In this document: positions 25,444 through 35,246 of the stretch, piece after piece | How positions within the stretch are numbered: position 1 is the first letter of the stretch | Layout of the letters: the number at the start of each line of letters is the position of its first letter | Source of the DNA: Oscillospiraceae bacterium | GTDB taxonomy: Bacteria; Bacillota; Clostridia; Oscillospirales; Oscillospiraceae | DNA length: 45,306 nucleotides | Direction: 5' to 3' | Assembly: GCA_028705905.1 (NCBI GenBank) | Contig: JAQWCP010000001.1 | Coordinates: forward strand, 1-45,306 | Made by a program: the position numbers and the translations under genes | Notes under the pieces: generated by a model | What the model was told of the DNA's origin: nothing | Database searches by the model: none | Seen by the model: the letters and a program-made list of their open reading frames with translations, nothing else

Positions 25444-26238
25444 ATGGAGGAAAAATTGAATATGAAACGAAAAATCCTGATTACCGGGGCGGCGCTTTGT
25501 ACTGCCCTTTTCCTGTTCTCCGGCGTTATGCTCTGCCGGGAGTACCTCGACCAAAAGCAGAGCGCCGAAGCCTTTGAAAGCGTCGCCGCCCTTGTGGTGT
25601 CCACGCCAGCGCCCGTTACAACACCGGACGCGCCCGATGAGGAAGAAAGCGCACCGGCTCCCACAACCACCGCCTATGAGAAATACGCCGAGGTGTACGA
25701 ACAGAACAGCGATTTTGTGGGCTGGATTTCCATTCCCGGCACGAAGATCGACTACCCCGTCATGCAGACAAAGGATGAACCGAACTTCTACCTCAAGCAC
25801 AGCTTTGAAAAGTCGTACAGCGATTACGGCGTTCCCTATGCGCAGGAAAACTGCGACATTGACCTGTCCGACAATACGGTGATCTACGGACACCACATGA
25901 ATAACGGCTCCATGTTCTCCGACCTGTGCAAATACGCGGACGCGGCCTTTTACCGGGAGCATAAGACGATTACCTTTGATACGCTGGGCGGCTATGGGGA
26001 GTATGAGGTGGTCGCCGCGTTCAAGACCGTGGCGTACAGTACAGAGGGCTTTCGCTATTATGATTTTGTTAATGCGGAAAGCGAGGCCGCCTTTGCTGAA
26101 TATATTGCCAAATGCAAGGAGCTGGCACTCTACGACACCGGCGTGAGCGCGGAGTACGGCGACAAGCTGATTACCCTTTCCACCTGTGAATATACGCGGA
26201 CAAACGGAAGGATGGTCATTGTGGCAAAAAAGCGATAA
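25444..26238 (+). CDS. srtB: Class B sortase
   Basis: N-terminal TM anchor. The catalytic His is in VIYGHHM. The catalytic Cys is in TLSTCEY (Cys codon 26185-26187). The start may instead be ATG 25462 (GGAGG at 25447-25451). Confidence 0.85.
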   Translation: MEEKLNMKRKILITGAALCTALFLFSGVMLCREYLDQKQSAEAFESVAALVVSTPAPVTTPDAPDEEESAPAPTTTAYEKYAEVYEQNSDFVGWISIPGTKIDYPVMQTKDEPNFYLKHSFEKSYSDYGVPYAQENCDIDLSDNTVIYGHHMNNGSMFSDLCKYADAAFYREHKTITFDTLGGYGEYEVVAAFKTVAYSTEGFRYYDFVNAESEAAFAEYIAKCKELALYDTGVSAEYGDKLITLSTCEYTRTNGRMVIVAKKR

Positions 26239-26274
26239 GGGCGGCGTTATCCCGGCAGAAAGGAGGTTTTGCCT

Positions 26275-28050
26275 ATGCCTAAAATCAAGACGCGGGATAC
26301 GGTGAAAAATATCAAGGCGCTGGATAAATCCGCGATTGCCGCCGAGCGTATGAAGGACGCTTTTATCCACACAAAAGAGAAAGCCGAACACGGCTATTAT
26401 TCCGAGGAAGGCTCCCCCAGCGAATACGCGACGGACAATATCACCCATGCCGCCGACCGCGCGGCGGACGAGAGCGTTCATGCGCTGAATAAGGCCGGAC
26501 AAAAGGGCTTTGAGGAAACCAAGCAAAATATCGGCAAGGCGCGGGAAAAAATCAAGGTTTACAAGGAAAACAAGGCCGCCGATACCGCAAAGCGGGCGGC
26601 GAACCAGCCCAAAGAACAAATGAAGCGGCAGGCGCAGTCTGCCCGCCGTACCGCCCGTTCTTACCGGCAGGGGGCGGATAAATCCATCAAAACGCTGGAG
26701 CGGTCGGAAAAGACCATCAAGCAATCCGCCCGTTCTACTTCCCGTACCATAAAATCCACCGGCAAGGGTACGGTAAAGACGGCGCAGCGGTCGGTCAAAA
26801 CCGCCGAGCGGACGGCGAAGGTGGCGGTCAAGACCACTCAGCAGGCGGCGAAAACGGCTCAGAAAACCGCGCAGGCCACGGCGAAGGCAGCAAGGACGGC
26901 GGCGCAGGCCGCAAAAGTCGCTGCAAAGGCGGCGGTCACGACCGCGAAAGCCGCTGTAAAAGCCACGATTGCGGTGGTTAAGGCAATTATCGCCGCGACG
27001 AAAGCCCTTGTTGCCGCTATCGCTGCCGGGGGCTGGGTTGCGGTCATTGTGATTATCATCATCTGCCTGATCGGGCTGATCGTCGGCTCCTGCTTCGGTA
27101 TCTTCTTTTCCGGCGAGGATTCCGGCACCGGGCAGACCATGCAGACCGTGGTGCGGGAAATCAATCAGGACTACCAAGCCAAGCTGGATGAAACCAAGGC
27201 GGCGCAAAGCTACGACAAGCTGGAGATGTCCGGCTCCCGCGCCGTGTGGAAAGAGGTGCTGGCGGTCTATGCGGTGAAAACCACCACCGACCCGGACAAT
27301 CCGCAGGAGGTCGCCTCGGTGGACGACGGCAAAAAGGAGCTGCTGAAAAGCATCTTTTGGGAGATGAACGAGATTTCCTCCCGTACCGAGAGCAAGACCG
27401 AAACGGTGGTCGAGGAAAGCGACGACGGCCACGGCAACATCGTGGAAACGGAATCCACCGTCACCCGCATCTATCTGTATATCACGGTCAGCCACAAGAC
27501 CGCCGCAGAAATGGCGGACAAGTACGGCTTCAACGCGGAGCAGCGGGAGCAGCTTGCAGCACTCTTGGCCGACGAGAACAACGACCTGTGGAGCGCGGTG
27601 CTTTACGGCATCGGCACCGGCGACGGCGAGATCGTCACGGTGGCGCTCTCTCAGGTGGGCAATGTGGGCGGCGAGCCTTACTGGTCGTGGTACGGCTTCG
27701 ATGGGCGTGTGGAATGGTGCGCCTGCTTTGTTTCGTGGTGCGCCAATGAATGCGGTTATATCGACGCGGGCATTATTCCGAAATATGCGGGCTGCGTCTG
27801 GGGCGTCGAGTGGTTTCGGGAACGCGGCCAGTGGCAGGATAACTCCTACACGCCGAATCCCGGCGACATCATCTTCTTCGATTGGGCCAGCGGCGGGCAG
27901 GACGGCGAATCCGACCACACCGGCATTGTGGAGCGCGTTGAAAACGATACGGTCTACACCGTCGAGGGTAACTCCGGCGATTCCTGCCGTCAGAGAAGCT
28001 ATCCGATTGGATATTACGAGGTGCTTGGCTACGGAGTGCCAGCCTATTAG
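26275..28050 (+). CDS. Membrane-anchored coiled-coil + CHAP-domain peptidoglycan hydrolase (VirB1 analogue)
   Basis: AGGAGG at 26261-26266, ATG at 26275. The protein has an A/K-rich repeat region and a TM segment. The C-terminal domain reads [16 protein letters not shown]...DHTGIV...EGNSG, which is CHAP. Confidence 0.85.
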   Translation: MPKIKTRDTVKNIKALDKSAIAAERMKDAFIHTKEKAEHGYYSEEGSPSEYATDNITHAADRAADESVHALNKAGQKGFEETKQNIGKAREKIKVYKENKAADTAKRAANQPKEQMKRQAQSARRTARSYRQGADKSIKTLERSEKTIKQSARSTSRTIKSTGKGTVKTAQRSVKTAERTAKVAVKTTQQAAKTAQKTAQATAKAARTAAQAAKVAAKAAVTTAKAAVKATIAVVKAIIAATKALVAAIAAGGWVAVIVIIIICLIGLIVGSCFGIFFSGEDSGTGQTMQTVVREINQDYQAKLDETKAAQSYDKLEMSGSRAVWKEVLAVYAVKTTTDPDNPQEVASVDDGKKELLKSIFWEMNEISSRTESKTETVVEESDDGHGNIVETESTVTRIYLYITVSHKTAAEMADKYGFNAEQREQLAALLADENNDLWSAVLYGIGTGDGEIVTVALSQVGNVGGEPYWSWYGFDGRVEWCACFVSWCANECGYIDAGIIPKYAGCVWGVEWFRERGQWQDNSYTPNPGDIIFFDWASGGQDGESDHTGIVERVENDTVYTVEGNSGDSCRQRSYPIGYYEVLGYGVPAY

Positions 28051-28152
28051 CACCCGGCAGGGGCAGCTTGTAACGCTGCTTCAAAGCCCTTGGGTTGACC
28101 AGCGGAAAGCTGTTCAATAGGCTTCAGCGAAGAAACATAGTTTTCTTGGGAC

Positions 28153-28965
28153 TTATTGCTCTAAAAACTTCTCCAGTGCTTCTTTTACAACTCGATACTT
28201 TTTCTGCGGAATCGGCAGCACCGTGCCGTCACGCAGTTCAAGCTGAAGCCATTTAATTTTATAGACGAAATGCGGATTGACAAGATAGCTGGAATGAATC
28301 CGCACAAAATAGTTTGAATACTGTTTAGCAATTGACGAAAGAAAAGCTGCTGTTTCAATTACACCGTCCTCGGTATAGATGCGAGTGTGGAAAGCGTTTT
28401 CAGAACTTTCCATCCAGCGGATTGTGCTGATGATGATAAAGTAGGTTGTCTTGTCCAGCCCCCGCACCAGCATACGGTTTTGGTCGACGTGAACCGGCAT
28501 CTCCTGGGTCATAAACGCATGATAATGCACCGGATAAATAGTGTCACGCTTATCATAGGGATAGAAGTTGGAAATATGCATCATCAGAATTTTCGAAATC
28601 TTGAAGGAGCTGCCGTCTTCAGCAGTGATTTTGCGTAAACACCATGTGTAATGCAGGCATTGCTTGTGCTGTGTAATTTCCCCGTCCGGGTAGTAAGTAG
28701 ACACCATATAACGCAATATAACCTCGCAAAAATCCGGTGCATTGGTCGTGTAATTGGAAACAATGTTGCTCATCCGAAAGGTGAGATTGTGTTCCTCCTT
28801 TGACCATGTTTGAATCAAAGCATCACGCCCTTGTAGCCACTGTCCCTCCGCCGGCCCAATCCAGATTATGTTCTCGTCTACTGCATCAAAGAACGGCTGC
28901 AAATTGTTTTTATAGTATTCGGTGATGATGGTAATGGACTGATGCGTCAAATCCGTCGTGTTCAT
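28153..28965 (-). CDS. Transcriptional regulator: NTF2/SnoaL-like N-domain + LytTR DNA-binding domain
   Basis: The C-terminus (IRWMESSENAFHTRIYTEDGVIE...FVRIHSSYLVNPHFVYKI...LRDGTVLPIPQKKY) is the LytTR pattern. The N-terminal ~130 aa resemble NTF2-like folds. The gene is A/T-rich and is the only minus-strand gene in the window. Confidence 0.75.
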   Translation of the reverse strand: MNTTDLTHQSITIITEYYKNNLQPFFDAVDENIIWIGPAEGQWLQGRDALIQTWSKEEHNLTFRMSNIVSNYTTNAPDFCEVILRYMVSTYYPDGEITQHKQCLHYTWCLRKITAEDGSSFKISKILMMHISNFYPYDKRDTIYPVHYHAFMTQEMPVHVDQNRMLVRGLDKTTYFIIISTIRWMESSENAFHTRIYTEDGVIETAAFLSSIAKQYSNYFVRIHSSYLVNPHFVYKIKWLQLELRDGTVLPIPQKKYRVVKEALEKFLEQ

Positions 28966-29099
28966 AGAAAATACGGTTCTCCTTTCCTAGCGATGCCCTT
29001 TGTAGTTGCTGTTATAACTCTATTCTACTGATTTTGGCATAAAACGTCAACAGAAAACGGTTATTTTTTTATTCTGCTCGGTTGTTTTTTGAAACTGCA

Positions 29100-29128
29100 T
29101 TGAACAAAAAGTATTACTACATTATAAT
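29100..29128 (+). promoter_or_regulatory. Sigma-70-type promoter candidate for the first surface-protein gene
   Basis: TTGAAC (29100-29105), a 17-nt spacer, TATAAT (29123-29128). It lies about 100 nt upstream of ATG 29226. Confidence 0.5.
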
Positions 29129-29225
29129 AAGGTGTAAAAAAGTCATAAAATGTCTGCCACCAATGAATTGCTGCGATAAAATCTATTCCGGAGCAATGAT
29201 GTGTTGCCAAATAGGAGGAAGTCTA

Positions 29226-32200
29226 ATGAAAAAGAGAATGAAACAGACACTGTCCATACTGCTGGCTGTATGTATGACAGTTATGATGTTGCCGACCGGT
29301 GCATTCGCACTGGAGGCTGCCCCAGTGGCAGATTCTGGCCTGTGCGCTCACCATACCGAGCATACGGCGGAGTGTGGCTATGTGGCAGCCGTCGAAGGCT
29401 CGCCCTGCACCCATGTGCATGACGAAACTTGCGGCTATGCGGCAGCCGTTGCAGAGATTCCCTGCAATATGGACTGCACCGATACAGACGGCGATGGCAT
29501 CATCGACCATGCCGAGGGCTGCGCCTATGCCCCAGCTGTGGGCGAGCAGCCCTGTACCCATGTGCATGATGAAAGCTGCGGCTATGTAGAAGCTGTAGAA
29601 GGTGCGCCATGCACCTTTGTTTGCACGGAATGCGCAAAAGAAATCAAGCCGACAAACGGTGACGCAGCAACCCTCAACGAGGCGCAGCAGGCATTTGTGG
29701 ATGCTGTGGCGGCATTGGATAAAGACACACTGACAGCATTGGCCGAAGCGTATAAAGCCGACCCCACCGAGGGCGGCGACGCTGAAACTGCGTTTTATGC
29801 GGCATATGACAAGGTGGAGAGCGTTGACGGCTCTGCCGCCGAGCTGTATGCTGCCCTGACCCCAGACGAACAGACCGAGGAAACCGTGGCTGCTGGCAAG
29901 GCCACGCTGGATGGAATCATCAGCGCAGTGAATGCAGCACTGATGGTAGAAACCCCGGCCGCCGATGTTCCCGCATTGTATACCGCAGGCAACGGTCTGG
30001 CGTTACAGCTTGGCACAAGTGGTGTAGCTGACAAGGATTTCATATACTTTGGAAACTATAACAGCGAAAACATCAAGTGGAAAGTACTTGACGCAGACGC
30101 AGACAATACAGGAAAAGCAAACGGTATGTTCCTGCTGTCTGAATATCTGCTCGAACAAAGTAATGTTCCTTTTGATGCAGATAAGATAAGAAATGAAGGA
30201 CAGTATGATCCAAACAAATGGCAGCATAGTGATGCACAGGCGTGGTGTACTGCATTTGCAGCGAGCAGTGCGTTTACCACTTCTGAAAAAACAGCACTAA
30301 AAACTGTGAGCAAAGAGGATAGTGCAACAACTAAATATGGAATTGCTTATGGAACGAGTTCTCTTGTCGATGAAAAGGTATTCTATTTATCAGCAGAAGA
30401 AGCAGCAACCTACATAAGTTCAAATAATTTTGATAAAGGACTTGCTGCCGGAAGTAGTGGTGGAATCGAAGGCGCCTGGTGGCTGCGGTCGCCCAACCCC
30501 AATTATACTGTCATGGTGGGCTTCGTGAACGAGGACGGCTTTGTCAATTCCACGGATGTAGCGTACACCAAGGTAGGTGTACGTCCCGCTTTTAACTTAG
30601 ATACCTCTAAAGTTCTCTTCTCATCTGCCGCAACAGATGGCAAAGCAAGCGGAACAGTGGGCGCAGGTGCACTAAATTCTGTTCCTGAGTATACGGATAC
30701 GACAAAAGATTGGAAAGTCACTTTACTGGATACAAGCCGTCAAGGCTTTACTGCACAGGCAGCAGAGAGTGCGGCCACAAGTAAAGATGTTGGCTATGAA
30801 AGCTGGTCAGTTGATATAGCATACAGTAATGCTAATAAAGGTACCAATGAATACGTATCCGCTATGCTTTGCGATGCAGATGGCAATGTGTTTTATTACG
30901 GAAACATTGCACAGAATAGTGCAAGCGGAACACAGACTGTAAATATCCCGACAGGTCTTGGCATAGGAAATTATACATTGAAAGTTTTCTCTGAACAATT
31001 AACTGGAGATAACAAGCCAGATTACGCAAGTACAATGCAGGATATTGCTTTGACTGTTACAGGATCTGTAATAGAACCTGTAACACCTGTTCCTGTAATT
31101 CAATTTGGAACAAGCGACGTAGCAGACAAGGGCTTTGTATACTTTGGAAAATACAACAGCACGGACATCAAGTGGAAAGTTCTTGATGCAGACAAAACCA
31201 ATACCAATGAAGATGGTATGTTCCTTCTCTCTGAATATCTGCTCGAACAAAGCAATGTTCCTTTTGATGCAGACAACAATGTATGGCAAGGCAGTGATGC
31301 ACAGGCTTGGTGTACTTCATTTGCAACAAGCAATGCCTTTACGGATGCTGAAAAAATAGCGCTTAAAGGCGTGGCTAAAACAGATGTTGCAACAAATAAA
31401 TACAGCCTTGATTGGGGAACAAGTGAGCTTACAGCAGCAGATGATAAAGTGTTCTACTTATCAGCAGAAGAAGCAGCAAACTACATAGGACCAAATAATA
31501 GCGATGAAGGACTTGCAACAACGACAAGCGGCGGAGCCGCTGGCTATTGGTGGCTGCGGTCGCCCGACTACAGTAATCCCGACACTCGTACTCTCCTTGC
31601 GGGTTTTGTGAACGAGGACGGCTGTGTCCTTCTCACTTCCGTGGATTTCACCGACCCGGGTGTCCGTCCCGCTTTTAACTTGGATACATCTAAAATTCTC
31701 TTTACATCTTTAACAGGCGGCAAATCTGCAACTGGAATGGATACTGCCCTAACAGCAGTGCCTATTGCCACCCCATCTGAGTGGACGCTTACCTTGAGCG
31801 ACAGCGCCCGCAGTACCTTTACCGCCGAAACCACTGGAAAAATCGGCGATGTGCTGACCGTTTCTTATACGGGTGCTACAACAGGTGATAATGAGTATAT
31901 TTCCGCCGTGGTAAAAGCAGCTGACGGCGCCATCAAGTATTATGGCCGAGTTGCAGCGGTTTCTAATGCAGAGGGCAGTGCAACCATCAACCTTTCCGGC
32001 ATTACCATGGCGGACAGCGATACCCTCTGTGTTTTCAATGAGCAATACAACGGCGATAATAAAACAGACTATGCAAGCGAATTACGAGCTGTTTCATTGA
32101 CAGCACCACCTGTTCCTGTAATTCAACTTGGAACAAGCGGCGTAGTAGACAAGAATTTTGTGTACTTTGGAAAATACAACAGCACGGACATCAAATGGAA

Positions 32201-34814
32201 AGTGCTTGATGCAGACAAAACCAATACTAATGAAGATGGTATGTTCCTGCTGTCTGAATATCTGCTCGAACAAAGCAATGTTTCTTTCGATGCGGACAGT
32301 AATGTATGGCAAGGCAGTGACGCACAGGCTTGGTGTACTGCATTTGCAGGAAGCGATGCATTTACGACTTCCGAAAAATCAGCACTTAAAAGCGTGAGCA
32401 AAAACGATGCTCAAACATGGCAATATAATTGGAACTGGGGAACGAGTTCTCTTTCCAATGAGAAAGTGTTCTATTTATCAGCAGAAGAAGCGGCGACATA
32501 CATAGGTTCAAACAACGGAGCTAAGGGACTTGCAACAACGACAAGCGGCGGAACCGCTGGCTATTGGTGGCTGCGGTCGCCCTACTACAATTATACTTAC
32601 CTTGCGGGTTGTGTGGTCGAGGACGGCGATGTCGATCGCAATGGCGTGGATGACTCCTACACAGATGTGCGTCCCGCCTTTAACTTAGATATCTCTAAAG
32701 TTCTCTTTACATCTTTAACAGGCGGCAAATCTACAACTGGAATGGATACTGCCCTAACAGCAGTGCCTATTGCCACCCCATCTGAGTGGACGCTTACCTT
32801 GAGCGACAGCGCCCGCAGTGCCTTTACCGCCGAGACCACCGAAAAAGCCGGCGATGTGCTGACCGTTTCTTATACAGGTGCTACAACAGGCGATAATGAG
32901 TATATTTCCGCCGTGGTAAAAGCAGCGGACGGTGCCATAAAGTATTATGGCCGAGTTGCACAGGTTACCAATGCAGAAGGCAATGCAAACATCAACCTTT
33001 CCGGCATTACCATGGCGGACGGCGATACCCTCTGTGTTTTCAACGAGCAGTACAACGGCGATAATAAAACGGACTATGCAAGTGAATTGAAAGATGTTTC
33101 TCTGACAGTAATACCACTGCCAGACCTGACCGTGACTGGCGGCACAAAGGACACAGATTACACCTACGCAGACGGCGTGCTTACTGTTTTAACAAGCGTT
33201 CCGCTCACCATTGCAAACAGGAATGTAAATATCGCCACCACCGATCGCATTGTGGTGGCAAACGGCAAAACCGCAAACCTTACGCTGAACGGCGTCACGA
33301 TAGAAACCCTTGGAAATGCTGCGGCCATTACGGTGAAAAATGCGGCTGACACAAAGCTGAACCTTACCCTTGCGATGGGCAGCACCAACACCCTAAAGGG
33401 CGCGGATAACTATGCCGGCATTGACGTGACGGGTGATGCCGCCCTTACCATTGACGGCACCGGCACCTTGGATGTCACCGGCGGCGCATATAGCGCGGGC
33501 ATTGGCGGCGGCAGCGGCGCCGGCAGCAATGGTATCATTACCATCAACAGCGGCACGGTGATCGCGAGCGGCGGCGAATTTGGCTCGGGCATCGGCAATG
33601 GCACTGGCGGCGGTGCTGGTATTGACACCGCAAAGACTATTACCATCAACGGCGGCACGGTGACCGCCAACGGTATCTACAGCGGTGCGGGCATTGGCTG
33701 CGGCGGCAGTGGCAGCAACGGCACCATCATCATCAACAGCGGCATTGTAACCGCCAACGGCGGCATCACCGGCGTGGACATCGGCAGCACCGGCGGTGAC
33801 AGCACCATTACCATCACCGGCGGCAGCTTCGCCGTGGGCGATACTACTGCAAATACCGTTTACGGAAATGCAGTAGCGAGCGGCTATTGTGTAAAGAATA
33901 TCGGCGGAAGCTGTCCCTATACAGTAGTAAAACTTGCCGATGTGACCATTACGCCAACGACGGATGAAAATAAGCTGTCCCAAACCTATGCAGAAACTAC
34001 ATTCGATGCAACAAAACTCTTCACTTTCGATGAAAACTGCGGTACAGCAACCTATTCACTGGCAAGCGGCGGCACAGGCGAGGGCAGCATTACAAAAGAG
34101 GGTGTGCTGACCGTCACCAAGGCGGGTACCTTTAAGATTCAGGTGGATACTGCCGCCCATGACGGTTACGCTGCAGGCAGCGAAAGTGTGACATTGACGG
34201 TGAAAAAGGCGGCAAACAGCTGCACCGGCCCGGTCATCATGAACGACTATACCTATGGCGGAGCCGTCAGCGGCCCCGCAATTATTGAATATGAAGGCCC
34301 GGCCACCTATTATTACAACACCAGCGATGACAACACCGGCGGCACTGAGTGGAAGGGTATTACTCCAACTACATTGAATGCCAATGATTATTGGATATAC
34401 GCCACTGTGGCTGGCGATGATCTGCACAATGATTTCATATCTTCTGCAAAGAAATTTACCGTTAGAAGAGCCACCCCGACAGTTGAACTGACGGCGAAAG
34501 AAACCGGTTATACAGGTAGTCCTATCCCGGCGAACACGGCAACTGTTACCTTGGTAGGCAGCGAAACCTACGCAGGTACGATTACCTACAAGTATTACAC
34601 CGACATTGACTGCACCAAGGGAGAAACCGAAACGGCACCGACCACGGCAGGCACCTATTATGTCAAAGCCTCCATTGCGGCAGCAGGAAACTACACATCC
34701 GCCGTCAGTGCCGCGGTGAAATTGGAAATTACTCAGGCAACCGCCGGGGATGTAACCACCCCAACCACCACTCCTGTGACCTATTCCGCTGACGGCAAGC
34801 TAAGCAATACGTAA
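29226..34814 (+). CDS. Giant surface protein, N-terminal 1862 aa (signal peptide, Cys/His repeats, 3x DUF6273-like modules, Gly-rich beta-helix-type repeats), terminated by in-frame TAA
   Basis: AGGAGG at 29213-29218, ATG at 29226. The signal peptide is MKKRMKQTLSILLAVCMTVMMLPTGAFA. The repeated module has the form F(I/V)YFG.YN...IKWKVLDAD...WWLRSP...VRPAFNLD. The frame continues into 34815..36812. Confidence 0.85.
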   Translation: MKKRMKQTLSILLAVCMTVMMLPTGAFALEAAPVADSGLCAHHTEHTAECGYVAAVEGSPCTHVHDETCGYAAAVAEIPCNMDCTDTDGDGIIDHAEGCAYAPAVGEQPCTHVHDESCGYVEAVEGAPCTFVCTECAKEIKPTNGDAATLNEAQQAFVDAVAALDKDTLTALAEAYKADPTEGGDAETAFYAAYDKVESVDGSAAELYAALTPDEQTEETVAAGKATLDGIISAVNAALMVETPAADVPALYTAGNGLALQLGTSGVADKDFIYFGNYNSENIKWKVLDADADNTGKANGMFLLSEYLLEQSNVPFDADKIRNEGQYDPNKWQHSDAQAWCTAFAASSAFTTSEKTALKTVSKEDSATTKYGIAYGTSSLVDEKVFYLSAEEAATYISSNNFDKGLAAGSSGGIEGAWWLRSPNPNYTVMVGFVNEDGFVNSTDVAYTKVGVRPAFNLDTSKVLFSSAATDGKASGTVGAGALNSVPEYTDTTKDWKVTLLDTSRQGFTAQAAESAATSKDVGYESWSVDIAYSNANKGTNEYVSAMLCDADGNVFYYGNIAQNSASGTQTVNIPTGLGIGNYTLKVFSEQLTGDNKPDYASTMQDIALTVTGSVIEPVTPVPVIQFGTSDVADKGFVYFGKYNSTDIKWKVLDADKTNTNEDGMFLLSEYLLEQSNVPFDADNNVWQGSDAQAWCTSFATSNAFTDAEKIALKGVAKTDVATNKYSLDWGTSELTAADDKVFYLSAEEAANYIGPNNSDEGLATTTSGGAAGYWWLRSPDYSNPDTRTLLAGFVNEDGCVLLTSVDFTDPGVRPAFNLDTSKILFTSLTGGKSATGMDTALTAVPIATPSEWTLTLSDSARSTFTAETTGKIGDVLTVSYTGATTGDNEYISAVVKAADGAIKYYGRVAAVSNAEGSATINLSGITMADSDTLCVFNEQYNGDNKTDYASELRAVSLTAPPVPVIQLGTSGVVDKNFVYFGKYNSTDIKWKVLDADKTNTNEDGMFLLSEYLLEQSNVSFDADSNVWQGSDAQAWCTAFAGSDAFTTSEKSALKSVSKNDAQTWQYNWNWGTSSLSNEKVFYLSAEEAATYIGSNNGAKGLATTTSGGTAGYWWLRSPYYNYTYLAGCVVEDGDVDRNGVDDSYTDVRPAFNLDISKVLFTSLTGGKSTTGMDTALTAVPIATPSEWTLTLSDSARSAFTAETTEKAGDVLTVSYTGATTGDNEYISAVVKAADGAIKYYGRVAQVTNAEGNANINLSGITMADGDTLCVFNEQYNGDNKTDYASELKDVSLTVIPLPDLTVTGGTKDTDYTYADGVLTVLTSVPLTIANRNVNIATTDRIVVANGKTANLTLNGVTIETLGNAAAITVKNAADTKLNLTLAMGSTNTLKGADNYAGIDVTGDAALTIDGTGTLDVTGGAYSAGIGGGSGAGSNGIITINSGTVIASGGEFGSGIGNGTGGGAGIDTAKTITINGGTVTANGIYSGAGIGCGGSGSNGTIIINSGIVTANGGITGVDIGSTGGDSTITITGGSFAVGDTTANTVYGNAVASGYCVKNIGGSCPYTVVKLADVTITPTTDENKLSQTYAETTFDATKLFTFDENCGTATYSLASGGTGEGSITKEGVLTVTKAGTFKIQVDTAAHDGYAAGSESVTLTVKKAANSCTGPVIMNDYTYGGAVSGPAIIEYEGPATYYYNTSDDNTGGTEWKGITPTTLNANDYWIYATVAGDDLHNDFISSAKKFTVRRATPTVELTAKETGYTGSPIPANTATVTLVGSETYAGTITYKYYTDIDCTKGETETAPTTAGTYYVKASIAAAGNYTSAVSAAVKLEITQATAGDVTTPTTTPVTYSADGKLSNT
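31086..33131 (+). repeat. Two tandem 1023-nt (341-aa) coding repeats; a diverged third copy lies at ~30000-31085
   Basis: CCTGTTCCTGTAATTCAA occurs at both 31086 and 32109. Long runs are near-identical, for example AAATACAACAGCACGGACATCAA(G/A)TGGAAAGT, and ~170 nt are near-identical around 31700-31900 versus 32720-32920. Confidence 0.85.
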
Positions 34815-35246
34815 TTGGCGAGCGGCTGGGAATGGGCAAAACCCAATACCATTCCTACCGTTGGCAACAGCGGATATACCGCCTACTATGCGGTAAGCGA
34901 TTACACCAACTACGATTGGAGCAGTGTTGACGGCTACGACAAGGATAACCACCGCGTGGAGCGTACCGTTGCCTTGACTGTGAACCCGGCAACCGCTGTA
35001 AATGTTACTACACCTACTGTCGCTCCCGTGACCTATTCCGCTGACGGCAAGTTAAGCGATACGAAGCTGGCAAGCGGTTGGGAGTGGGCAAACCTAAATA
35101 TCGTCCCCACCGTTGGCAACAGCGGATATACCGCCTATTATGCGGTAAGCGATTACACCAACAACGATTGGAGCGGCATTGACGGTTACGACAAGGATAA
35201 CCACCGCGTGGAACGCGCGGTTGCCTTGACTGTGAACCCGGCACAG
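34752..35246 (+). repeat. Tandem 252-nt (84-aa) coding repeat x2 spanning the in-frame stop
   Basis: GTGACCTATTCCGCTGACGGCAAG occurs at 34776 and 35028. The protein units read VTYSADGKLS(N/D)T(*/K)LASGWEWA...NHRVER.VALTVNPA. Confidence 0.85.

Noticed and set aside
24946-28053. 1035-aa ORF on the minus strand
   Set aside because: It lies antisense to four well-supported genes: the coiled-coil protein, the sortase, the CHAP hydrolase and the end of VirB4. Its translation is R/G/A/L-rich with no motifs, and it has no RBS. It is a typical stop-poor shadow frame of G+C-rich coding DNA.
29082-29225. N-terminal extension of the first surface protein (MFFETALNKKYYYIIIRCKK...)
   Set aside because: It has a non-ATG start, reads through the predicted promoter, and is A/T-rich junk-like sequence. 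ATG 29226 has AGGAGG and yields a canonical signal peptide.
34815-34817. TTG at 34815 as a genuine independent start of a 665-aa protein
   Set aside because: There is no SD and no signal peptide. The codon aligns with a Leu inside the neighbouring repeat unit. It is better explained as the continuation of the upstream frame after a nonsense codon.
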